From Candidatus Heimdallarchaeota archaeon (GTDB lineage Archaea > Asgardarchaeota > Heimdallarchaeia > Heimdallarchaeales > Heimdallarchaeaceae), in assembly GCA_021399345.1 (NCBI GenBank), contig JAAFKI010000045.1:51228-115227 (forward strand): DNA of 64,000 nucleotides, written 5' to 3'. The position numbers and the translations under genes were made by a program. This document shows, piece after piece, positions 27,824-35,842 of this stretch (within the stretch, counting starts at the first letter, position 1; the number at the start of each line of letters is the position of its first letter). A model generated the notes under the pieces. The model did no database searches. It saw only the letters and a program-made list of their open reading frames with translations, and was not told the DNA's origin.

Positions 27824-28717
27824 TTATTTCTTTGTGGAAAAATATTTTTCCTCAATTTCATCAGTATTTATTTCATTTAATTTGCAATATCTTTCAGTTA
27901 ATATAGGTTCATGATTGCCTACCACAAGTGCTCCTCCAAAGTAAATCTTACCGAAGTATATGGGATTTATGAGTATTTTTTCAATCTCATCGGTGCTAAG
28001 TTTGGTAGCTCCAGAAATCTCTTCTACGCTCTTACTTTGTTTGTAAAACCAAGCTAACACGATTTTAACTTTCATTGCTTCATCTTCTTTGATAACCAGT
28101 TTGTCTTTCAGTAATTGATACCCAAATGGTATCAAATCACCATCAACATCTTTCAAAATAATCTGAATATTACCACCTGATTTCTTGATTTCCTCTGGAA
28201 TCCCTTCTGGCACAGGTTCAGATTTATATTCTGGTTCAGAAACAATTTGTTCTTCCTCAACTTCATCTTCATCTTCTTCGACAACATCTTCTACGACATC
28301 TTCAAGAACTTCTTCTGCAACTTCTTCATCCATTTCTTCAAGAATTTCTTCAACTACATCCTCAACAGCTTCTTCGATAACTTCTTCAGTTGCTTCTTCC
28401 TCGATCTCTTCTATTTCTTCTTCGTCTTCTGCAACTTCTTTAAGTTCCTCTACAAGCTCTTCTATTTCTTCTTCAGGTTGTTCTCCGAGTTCTTCTTCTA
28501 CTTCATCAATAAGCTCTTCAAGCTCTTCCTTGACATCTTCACTGAACTCTTCTACTTTCTCCTCAAGCTCTTCTTCGAGTTCTTCTTTTTCTTCTTCGCT
28601 GAACTCTTCTACTTCCTCCTCAAGCTCTTCTTCAAGTTCTTCCTTTACTTCTTCACTAAGCTCCTCTTCAGCTTCTTCTGATAGCTCATCATTAAATTCT
28701 TCTTCCATCATAAACAC
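27824..28717 (-). CDS. poly-acidic protein with C-terminal serine-recombinase 'Recombinase'-domain-like module (no catalytic resolvase domain)
   Basis: The N-terminal ~165 aa are almost entirely E/D/V/L repeats. The C-terminus IPFGYQLLKDKLVIKEDEAMKVKIVLAWFYKQSKSVEEISGATKLSTDEIEKILINPIYFGKIYFGGALVVGNHEPILTERY fits the large-serine-recombinase pattern p.GY...dg.lvi.eeEa.vV..iF..y..g.s...Ia..L......v..iL.NP.Y.G......G.HepIi.... Confidence 0.5.
   Translation of the reverse strand: MFMMEEEFNDELSEEAEEELSEEVKEELEEELEEEVEEFSEEEKEELEEELEEKVEEFSEDVKEELEELIDEVEEELGEQPEEEIEELVEELKEVAEDEEEIEEIEEEATEEVIEEAVEDVVEEILEEMDEEVAEEVLEDVVEDVVEEDEDEVEEEQIVSEPEYKSEPVPEGIPEEIKKSGGNIQIILKDVDGDLIPFGYQLLKDKLVIKEDEAMKVKIVLAWFYKQSKSVEEISGATKLSTDEIEKILINPIYFGKIYFGGALVVGNHEPILTERYCKLNEINTDEIEEKYFSTKK
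28487..28660 (-). repeat. about three tandem ~57-nt (19-aa) coding repeats inside the acidic gene
   Basis: Protein repeats LSEEVKEELEEELEEEVEEF / SEEEKEELEEELEEKVEEF / SEDVKEELEELIDEVEEEL. On the + strand they appear as reiterated ...gaactcttctac(t)t(t/c)ctcctcaagctcttcttc(g/a)ag(t)tcttc... units. Confidence 0.6.
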
Positions 28718-28898
28718 TCCTTAAACATAAACGACTAGTTTTAACTATAAATATTTATATAAAAGGGCCATAAACCTAATTTCTTCTAACAAGAATAATA
28801 TTTTCTAGATTTTGGTGTTTTTTCAGAGAACTATGGAACAGGTAAAATGGGGCTTTACACTAATTTTAAATATTTTTGAGTTTTAGTACATTTTACAA

Positions 28899-29639
28899 AT
28901 GGAAGAAGCTATACTTAGTAAAACAAAGAGATTTTTTAGAAAAAATGATTTAATGTTTCGTATTGTTATACTATTATTCCTAGCAACAGGTACTGTCTAT
29001 GCTTTTATATTTGGAAATACTTTGCTCCAAATTTTTACTACATTATCTGTAGGAGTTATGGTTTCTTCGTTTCTATCTAATTATATATTTAATTTTTTTT
29101 ATGGAGAAGGATACAAACTAACTCATGTAATAAATGAGGTTCTATATCTATTACTAGGAATCCCAATAATGTTGATTGCTGCAGGCTATATCCCTCTTAG
29201 CATCTATATGCTCTTTTTTGCTCCTGACAATAATGATTGGTTATTACCTCTTCTAATTGTAATTATGATTTCTATGCAAATTGCTTCGTTTGCTTATATA
29301 TTTAAAAAGAGAAGTAAGGATAATGAAAGGACTATTTTCCAATTCATAAGATATCTATTTGATTTCAAAGCTAGAGCAGAAGAACAGAAAAAACATAGAG
29401 AACAAACAGAAAAAATTGATAGTTTCTATGATGGGATGAGCAAAGTTAAGGAAAAAGTTGATACAAAGATGGAAGAAAGTGTTGTGCATTATGAGGAGTA
29501 TGATTGGAAAAAAAGAAAAGAGATAAAAACTCAAAAGAGAACTGAGCTAATTTGTTGGAATTGTAAAACAACTTACAAAGCAGAAACAAGAATGTGCAAA
29601 AACTGCAATGTACCTCTGAAAGAAGACAGAGAAAAGTAA
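28899..29639 (+). CDS. 4-TM membrane protein with cytoplasmic coiled region and C-terminal zinc ribbon
   Basis: Hydrophobic helices in the first ~135 aa, then TIFQFIRYLFDFKARAEEQKKHREQTEKIDSFYDGMSKV. It ends with CWNCKTTYKAETRMCKNCNVPL. Paralogous to the convergent gene at 29701-30465. Confidence 0.55.
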   Translation: MEEAILSKTKRFFRKNDLMFRIVILLFLATGTVYAFIFGNTLLQIFTTLSVGVMVSSFLSNYIFNFFYGEGYKLTHVINEVLYLLLGIPIMLIAAGYIPLSIYMLFFAPDNNDWLLPLLIVIMISMQIASFAYIFKKRSKDNERTIFQFIRYLFDFKARAEEQKKHREQTEKIDSFYDGMSKVKEKVDTKMEESVVHYEEYDWKKRKEIKTQKRTELICWNCKTTYKAETRMCKNCNVPLKEDREK

Positions 29640-29700
29640 TAAAAATGAACAAAAGAAAAGTTAAACCCAGGATTTTCTGATATTTATATTAAATTAGGAG

Positions 29701-30465
29701 TTATTTCTGCTTGAAATCTTCTTTTGTAAGAGTTCTACTTATTTTTTTCTGATAGTTCTTACCAAGTTGATCAAAACCTTCATAGAATTCATCAATCTCC
29801 TTGCTAGCTTCTGAGTATTGTTCTTTTCTGATTCTTCTACCTTCTCTATCAAAAAATCGTTTGAAAAATTGTCTGATTGTTAAGCTTTCACTTTTCAAGT
29901 ATCTTAGAAAAATACTAAGTACATAAGAAATTGGAAAAACAATCAAGGCTGTGATAAAAGCATATTGAAGCCATTCACTAGTTCGCTCGTTTATGAATAA
30001 TGCTAGGAGGATAGGTAAATATGTCAATCCAAAGACTCCTACGATAAGTCCAATTATGTAAAAGAATTCTGTGAAGATCATATTGAGACTATATTTGTCA
30101 CCAGAGAGGTATTTGAGCAAAAAACCTGCAATTAAAGTTGAACAGAGTACATATAATAAACCAAAAGTTATCAGATAGACAAAACCATTTGAGGGATATG
30201 CTCTTGCTGCATAAATATAGAAAACTGAGAAGATAACTACAGCAGACAGTATTTGGATTAATGGCTTATACTTGTGAAATTTGTATGGTTTCCTTAAATG
30301 TTCCTTACTTACACTAACTTTAGCTTCAGTATCAAGCAAGTGATCTGTAGGAGAAGGAAAGAGTTTCTTATGTTTCTGTGTTAATCTTTTATGGTGATCA
30401 TCCTTGTCCCGTTTCCTATGTACCATACTAGTTGGAGAAGTAAGAAAACCTATAAATCTTTTCAC
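29701..30465 (-). CDS. 4-TM membrane protein, paralogue of 28899-29639, with basic N-terminal extension
   Basis: TIRQFFKRFFDREGRRIRKEQYSEASKEIDEFYEGFDQL aligns with the neighbour's TIFQFIRYLFDFKARAEEQKKHREQTEKIDSFYDGMSKV. The TM regions also align (G..Y[IL]P[LI]..., [DE]WL). It lacks the zinc ribbon. Confidence 0.55.
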   Translation of the reverse strand: MKRFIGFLTSPTSMVHRKRDKDDHHKRLTQKHKKLFPSPTDHLLDTEAKVSVSKEHLRKPYKFHKYKPLIQILSAVVIFSVFYIYAARAYPSNGFVYLITFGLLYVLCSTLIAGFLLKYLSGDKYSLNMIFTEFFYIIGLIVGVFGLTYLPILLALFINERTSEWLQYAFITALIVFPISYVLSIFLRYLKSESLTIRQFFKRFFDREGRRIRKEQYSEASKEIDEFYEGFDQLGKNYQKKISRTLTKEDFKQK

Positions 30466-30481
30466 AAAAAAATCTAAGGAA

Positions 30482-30489
30482 TTTATATG
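30482..30489 (+). promoter_or_regulatory. TATA-box-like element (TTTATATG) upstream of the structured GC-rich element
   Basis: atTTATATGg at 30481-30490. It lies about 22-27 nt upstream of the first hairpin (AAACCC-TAAA-GGGTTT, 30507-30522), the spacing expected for an archaeal TATA-to-TSS distance. Confidence 0.3.
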
Positions 30490-30507
30490 GAGTTAAAAGA
30501 AAGGTTA

Positions 30508-30783
30508 AACCCTAAAGGGTTTTCTGCCTGAACAGGAAGGGTATTCTAACTCGATGCTTCGGGGTTGCGGTTGAGGGGGGTTCTGGCAGACAGAAGATGT
30601 CTGGTCCTTTTCTTTCAGACAAGATAATTGTCTGTTTCCAGACCGAAGTCTGGTTCTGGGGGATTTCAGGCTTAGGAGGTCTTAACTAAGCCCAAATGGG
30701 GGTTCAAACCATCTAAAAAAGGGGTTCAACCTTGTCCCTGAGCATCGGATATCTCTTCCTGTTCAGTTTGCAGTCCCTTTTTT
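30508..30783 (+). ncRNA. unclassified ~275-nt GC-rich, rod-like structured RNA candidate (alternative: MITE-like inverted-repeat element)
   Basis: It sits in a 496-nt gene-free gap. My hand count is ~47% G+C over 30541-30780, against AT-rich surroundings. A long closing helix has these pairings:
- CTGAACAGGAAG (30528-39) with CTTCCTGTTCAG (30755-66)
- GGTAT with ATATC
- CGATGCTTCGGGG (30552-64) with TCCCTGAGCATCG (30735-47)
- GGTTGA (30569-74) with TCAACC (30726-31)

There are four internal hairpins. A T6 run at 30778-83 could be the 3' end. Three G-U pairs exist only on the + strand. Confidence 0.4.
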
Positions 30784-30961
30784 GACCTAACCATTTGGCT
30801 CCTAAATAGCCTGCCATTAACCAAATAAAGTTGCCCTTGAACATATTTAAACTTTTTTGTAATCTTTGTTGAGAGGTTAAAACACGACAAAAAACCTCAT
30901 TCTTTTCAGATTCAAAGTTTTAGAGAAAAAGCAGCTTAACTCACCTAATGGAAAACTTTAC

Positions 30962-31681
30962 TTAGAGGTGACTTTCTCTAGTTTTGTCCATTGCTTCATC
31001 TCTTAAGAATCTTGTGCTTTCTTCTATCCTGGTTCTGATGATATTTGAAACATTTTCAAATTCTTCTTCATCAAATTCAAAATCAAATATTTTAGCTAGA
31101 TTTTGAACCAGTTTTTTTGTTGAATCGTAACTTGCAACACTGGGGTCACATTCAACCAATAGTGCAAAACTCGAATCAAACTCTTTTGTATTACATAGTT
31201 CTAAAGTTTCAACTACTGTCCCGTATACTATTCCTTCTTCTAGAAGTTGTACTCCATTTTCCTCTAGAAATGTGAGTGTTTCTTGTCTGTTTGCTATTCC
31301 ATAGCATTCAATTTCTTCAAATTGGTTTTGTAAAACAGGTAATCCCCCCACTGGTACGATGTGCGAAACTCCACTTTTAATATAAAAATCAACTAGCATT
31401 TCTATGAAATCAGAAACAGTATTGTAAGGAATGTTCACTTCACAAGACATTAAAGCTATTTTGTCATTTTGGAATATCCTTATTGGTTGTTCTATCAATC
31501 CTCCTTTGATTATTGCTACAGGTGGTAGCTCATCTGCATGAACTACTGCTACTTGCTCCATTTTCAATGCTTTCACTAGAAATGTAGAGAGTATTGTTCC
31601 AATTGCACCACTACCACTAAATGATTGTATCAAAGGTTTTCCTTTGAGATCCAAATTATTTATTCCATTTATTCTGTTCAC
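30962..31681 (-). CDS. PAC2-family proteasome assembly chaperone-like protein (COG1938)
   Basis: 239 aa. The N-terminal SFSGSGAIGTILSTFLVKALKMEQVAVVHADELPPVAII and the overall size resemble the archaeal PAC2/ATP-grasp-like family. The call rests on pattern memory only. Confidence 0.5.
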   Translation of the reverse strand: MNRINGINNLDLKGKPLIQSFSGSGAIGTILSTFLVKALKMEQVAVVHADELPPVAIIKGGLIEQPIRIFQNDKIALMSCEVNIPYNTVSDFIEMLVDFYIKSGVSHIVPVGGLPVLQNQFEEIECYGIANRQETLTFLEENGVQLLEEGIVYGTVVETLELCNTKEFDSSFALLVECDPSVASYDSTKKLVQNLAKIFDFEFDEEEFENVSNIIRTRIEESTRFLRDEAMDKTRESHL

Positions 31682-31686
31682 TTATT

Positions 31687-33552
31687 TCACCTTTGTTTTC
31701 TTTTTCTTAATGTAATCGTAATTGCTGTGAAGATTCCAAGAGCTACAACAGAGCTTATTACTCCATAACCTGATTCTTCTACTGATCCATTTGTTTCTGT
31801 TGATATGTTGAATCCAGCTAATTTCAGGAATTCAATGGCTTCAGAAATACTGTATGGATACGTTGTTACACCTGGATTATAATAATCTGTATAATAACGA
31901 GAAACTGGTGAATCAGTTATATTATACTTTCCCTCATGAAAAGCATTATTTAGAAATGTTTTATGGACTAATGATGAGAGAGCTTTACGAATTGCTAAGG
32001 CTTTTGACACACCTGTCTCATTGGTTGGTACATAGTTATTAGTTCCTCCAAAGACATCATTCTCTAAATTAAATGCTATGAAAATTAATGAGTTTTCTAC
32101 TTTATACTCAACCTTGAAGTTATCATTAGGTATAGCTATTTCCATTCCGGGATCCTTCCCAAAATCAGCTATGTCTATTTCGTCCCCTTCTTGTAATTCT
32201 AAGTTCATTGAATAACTATCAGGAACAGTTTGGGTTTCAATGGTTTCAAAAACTAGGTTTGTAGTCTTACCAGGATCTACACCAACTCCATGCCAACCGT
32301 CAAATCTTTCTAAGAAAGCAGTAAGATCCATATGACTCTCCGTTGCATTAAATTTGTATTTTCCTGTTCCAAACGGATTTTGTTTATACTTAATCCATCT
32401 TGTTGATTCAACTATTTCTTCAATTGTACTCTCAACATCCAAATAGTATCCAGGGTAAGTATAAACTGACAAATCTTCGAGAGCAAAGGCATAAGGTTCG
32501 CTTTCTACTGTTTCTGGAACTGAATCAATATGAACTGCAACTGTTGTACCATTATACACTTCATAAGAATCTATCCATTTATAGAGTTGATAGTTTACGT
32601 TTGCATGTATACTTTTGATTAGATCTAAAGTAAAAATAACATCATCAACTGAATGCTCTTCACTAGTAAAAATTCCATCTACATCAGGTTGCCATTGAAC
32701 ATTGTCTCTTACATGAAGCAACAAAGTTGTTTGATTAAGATATTCCCAACTATCTATTAACCCATATTTTGTAGGAGTTCCTTTTTCATCCAAATGAATT
32801 AATTTATCCATGATAAGAGATACAATTAATTTCTCCCCAGCTTCCCTCATTGTTAGAGGACTTAAATCAAACCACCCTCCAATACCCATTTTTAGTTCAG
32901 TAACTGATTCTTGATTGCTATGCAATCCATTAAAGGACATATATGGTAAGCTATCAGATATTCCCCACTTACTTGTAAATCCTTCTAAGTTATCCCAATA
33001 AGCAAATGTTCTTGCTGGAGTAAAAATGGGTACCATCGGAACCACATTATTCATTAGATGTTCTTGTAATGTAAAGAAAAGATTTTTTCTTGCATGGAAA
33101 TCTATTTCTTGAGTTATATTGTTGATTAAATTAAGTGTAGTTCCATTATCCATTGCATTTTGAAAATTGAAAACGTTTAAACTTGCACCCTCTTTAAATA
33201 GAAATTCCAAATGAAGGGCATTTTGACCCTCAAGTTCGATTATTGCCATTTCATAATCTTTCGATCCGATAACCTGATCTAAGAATGTTGAATACTCCAT
33301 CTGATAATCGGTAACTAGAATACCTACTTCTTTGATATCTTGAACAATAGATTGAGCATAATCTGTGTAAAATAATTTTTCTGTCCCTTTTGTATAATAC
33401 CTAAGTGTTGAATTAAACATATCGCTTTGAGGACCAGGACGAGGTCCAAACATCATTACAGCGAATATTGAAGTAATGACTAAAATACCAATTAATATGT
33501 AAACAATAGCTTTGTTGAAATGTTTCACAGGTTTACTCATTAGCTCTACCAA
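31687..33552 (-). CDS. family-5 (Opp/Dpp-type) solute-binding protein, apparently circularly permuted, with N-terminal TM and C-terminal TM anchor
   Basis: The first ~190 aa look like the canonical C-terminal part of SBP5:
- YAQSIVQDIKEVGILVTDYQMEYSTFLDQV...
- ARKNLFFTLQEHLMNNVVPMVPIF

The canonical N-terminal and middle motifs come only afterwards:
- GLIDSWEYLNQTTLLLHVRDNVQWQPD...VDDVIFTLD
- NPFGTGKYKF
- ERFDGWHG
- FNLEN...AIRKALSSLV
- AIEFLKLAGF

The protein ends in VVALGIFTAITITLRKRKQR. Confidence 0.7.
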   Translation of the reverse strand: MVELMSKPVKHFNKAIVYILIGILVITSIFAVMMFGPRPGPQSDMFNSTLRYYTKGTEKLFYTDYAQSIVQDIKEVGILVTDYQMEYSTFLDQVIGSKDYEMAIIELEGQNALHLEFLFKEGASLNVFNFQNAMDNGTTLNLINNITQEIDFHARKNLFFTLQEHLMNNVVPMVPIFTPARTFAYWDNLEGFTSKWGISDSLPYMSFNGLHSNQESVTELKMGIGGWFDLSPLTMREAGEKLIVSLIMDKLIHLDEKGTPTKYGLIDSWEYLNQTTLLLHVRDNVQWQPDVDGIFTSEEHSVDDVIFTLDLIKSIHANVNYQLYKWIDSYEVYNGTTVAVHIDSVPETVESEPYAFALEDLSVYTYPGYYLDVESTIEEIVESTRWIKYKQNPFGTGKYKFNATESHMDLTAFLERFDGWHGVGVDPGKTTNLVFETIETQTVPDSYSMNLELQEGDEIDIADFGKDPGMEIAIPNDNFKVEYKVENSLIFIAFNLENDVFGGTNNYVPTNETGVSKALAIRKALSSLVHKTFLNNAFHEGKYNITDSPVSRYYTDYYNPGVTTYPYSISEAIEFLKLAGFNISTETNGSVEESGYGVISSVVALGIFTAITITLRKRKQR

Positions 33553-33580
33553 TATTTCTTTTGTAAAAATGTTTATTAAA

Positions 33581-35746
33581 TTATTTCTTTGGCAACATCT
33601 TTCCAGAATAAAACTTCTTCCTACCGACTCTCATTGCATTTAGTATAACCAATAATGAAGCTCCCATATCTCCAATTAGCACAGCTAGCCAAAGCAAATT
33701 CGCTCCAAGAAATGCCCCAAGAGCAATTTGTGCTGCATTAATTACAACAAGTACAAAAAATGAGAATTTGATAAACAAGGATAAGTAAATATTAATTTGA
33801 ATAGTTCTTTTAGTTTCTTTGCTTAGTTTGAATAGATAAGGTAGACTGAATAAATTATCTGAAGAAAGCACAATATCAGCTGTTTCTATGGCAATTGCGG
33901 TTCCTGCTGCCCCCATTGCAATTCCAACATCTGAAAGAGCTAAAGCGGGTGCATCATTTATTCCATCACCAACCATAACCACTGTTTGATCTTTTTCTTT
34001 GAGATTTTTGATATACTGCATTTTATGTTCTGGTAACAGTTCTGCTTCGTAATTAATATCTAATTCTTCAGCAATTTTTGATGCTACTTCTTCATTATCA
34101 CCAGTGAGCATTACAATGTTTTTTACTCCAAGTTTTTTTAATGAATTGACAGTTTCTTTGGTTTCACTTCGCAATTCATCAGACATGTGGATGTGAGCTA
34201 AGATTTTTTTATCGTCTAAAACATAACTAACAATACTTTCAGTTTCTTCACAATCTAGATCACAAGATTCTAACCCTATGATGCTATCAACAAGCGATTC
34301 ATTTCCTAGATAGTAAGTTACTTTCTTTCTTGTTCCTTTGATTCCCATCCCAGGCATTATTTCAACATCTTTGTATCCAAACAATCTTGAATTGTTTTCT
34401 CTTCCCAGATCTATTATTGCTTCTGCAATTTTATGTTCTGAATGATATTCTAAACCATATGCTATTTCTATAATTTCCTTCTCAGTATAACCTTCTAAAG
34501 CTTCAACTTTGTAAGCTTTTAGTTTTCCAGTCGATAAGGTTCCAGTTTTATCCAATGCTAGTGTGTTTAATTCAGATATAGCTTCGAGATATTTACCGCC
34601 TTTTATTAAAACACCCCTTTTTGAAGCCCTAGTTATTGCGGTCACTACAGTTATTGGTGTCGATAGCACTAAAGCACAAGGACATGAGATTACCAGAATT
34701 ACTAAGCTCTGATAAAGCCCTTCTCTAAGAACAGAGGGATCAATTGGGATATTCAAAAAAATCCCAGAAATTAGAAATACTGATAGTGCAATTCCCACCA
34801 TAATTGGTGTATAATATTTTGCAAACCTTTGGATAAATTGTTCTCTTTTTGATTTCTGTTGTTCTGCTTCTTCTATCAGCTGTCTGATTCTAGCTACTGT
34901 ACTTTCTTCAGGCATCCGTGTTACTCGAATAATAATATAACCATCAATATTTATAGACCCTGAAAATACTTTGTCTCCAACATCTTTATTGACTGGGATA
35001 GATTCTCCAGTTATTGGACTCTGGTCAACATTTGTTTTTCCCCAGTCTATTTTTCCATCAATTGGAATTCTTGCCCCTGGTTTAACACTTACTCTATCGC
35101 CAACAACTAAATCACCTAGAGGAACTTCTTCGTGTTTTTTCCCTTTAATTAATCTAGTTGCTGTTGGTGGTGTTAAATCCATTAATTCTCTTATTGATTG
35201 TCTAGCTTTATCCATTGAAAATGCTTCTAACAATTCCGCTATTGAAAAGAGAACAACAATTTCTGCTGCTTCTTCCCACTCACCTATTATCATGGCTCCA
35301 ATTATTGCAAGAACCATCAAAATATCTATGTCAATTGTTTTGGTTCTAATGGAGCTAAAAGCTTTAAGATAAACAGGAATACCACCAATTACTATAGCAG
35401 GAACAAAAAAAATCAAGTCATAATTTTCAGGTAAAAATCCACTTGTGCTTAAAGCAACAATAAGAAAAATTAATCCAAAAATAGCGAAAAGAAGGTTTTT
35501 GTTGTGTCTAATATCAAAAAACGATTTATGTTCGTAGGTACTATCAAACTTATATCCTGATTGTTTGATATTTTTTATGAGTTCTTTTTCACTAATTTGT
35601 TCCTTATCATATTCTACGATAAGTTTAGTGGATACGAGGTTTAGTTGTACATTGTCTACACCAACTGCGTTCTTCAAGTTATTAGTAACTTTAGCAACAC
35701 AATTAGCACAATCTAAACCTGTAACAATACCTCGTAACTCGTCCAT
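33581..35746 (-). CDS. heavy-metal P1B-type ATPase, Zn/Cd/Pb-like
   Basis: HMA domain GLDCANCVAKV, TM6 SCPCALVLSTP, phosphorylation site DKTGTLS, hinge GDGINDAPAL, HSEHKIA, and GDMGASLLVILNAMR (a DxG-type TM8, as in ZntA/CadA rather than Cu pumps). I prefer the ATG at 35746 (MDELRG...). Confidence 0.9.
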   Translation of the reverse strand: MDELRGIVTGLDCANCVAKVTNNLKNAVGVDNVQLNLVSTKLIVEYDKEQISEKELIKNIKQSGYKFDSTYEHKSFFDIRHNKNLLFAIFGLIFLIVALSTSGFLPENYDLIFFVPAIVIGGIPVYLKAFSSIRTKTIDIDILMVLAIIGAMIIGEWEEAAEIVVLFSIAELLEAFSMDKARQSIRELMDLTPPTATRLIKGKKHEEVPLGDLVVGDRVSVKPGARIPIDGKIDWGKTNVDQSPITGESIPVNKDVGDKVFSGSINIDGYIIIRVTRMPEESTVARIRQLIEEAEQQKSKREQFIQRFAKYYTPIMVGIALSVFLISGIFLNIPIDPSVLREGLYQSLVILVISCPCALVLSTPITVVTAITRASKRGVLIKGGKYLEAISELNTLALDKTGTLSTGKLKAYKVEALEGYTEKEIIEIAYGLEYHSEHKIAEAIIDLGRENNSRLFGYKDVEIMPGMGIKGTRKKVTYYLGNESLVDSIIGLESCDLDCEETESIVSYVLDDKKILAHIHMSDELRSETKETVNSLKKLGVKNIVMLTGDNEEVASKIAEELDINYEAELLPEHKMQYIKNLKEKDQTVVMVGDGINDAPALALSDVGIAMGAAGTAIAIETADIVLSSDNLFSLPYLFKLSKETKRTIQINIYLSLFIKFSFFVLVVINAAQIALGAFLGANLLWLAVLIGDMGASLLVILNAMRVGRKKFYSGKMLPKK

Positions 35747-35842
35747 TTTTTTCAATTTGATTTTCCTATTAGAATTATTAAGACTTATTATTAACCTAAA
35801 AACCAACCCAAATATAATAAAAGAGATAAAAAAAAAGAATAA

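Noticed and set aside
28185-28724. 179-aa Ser-rich ORF and 144-aa Phe-rich ORF (28247-28681) on the + strand
   Set aside because: They are antisense shadows of the GAA/GAG-rich acidic gene on the minus strand. They are extreme low-complexity with no start context, and the sense gene has a recognisable C-terminal domain.
30561-30727. GGGGTTC-type motifs plus dyad hairpins as origin-recognition boxes (ORB with G-string) of a replication origin
   Set aside because: All G-runs are on the same strand. There is no inverted ORB pair around an AT-rich unwinding element, and no orc1/cdc6 gene nearby. The dyads are better explained as RNA hairpins.
30508-30783. Assigning the GC-rich structured element to SRP (7S) RNA or RNase P RNA
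   Set aside because: Size and rod shape fit, but I cannot find the universal motifs on either strand. The SRP helix-8 motif (GNAR tetraloop followed by ..GGAAGCAG/AGCA symmetric loop) is absent, as is the UGUAAU Alu turn. The RNase P motifs CR-I (GAGGAAAGUCC) and CR-V (ACAGAANCCGGCUUA) are also absent. I kept it as an unclassified ncRNA candidate.
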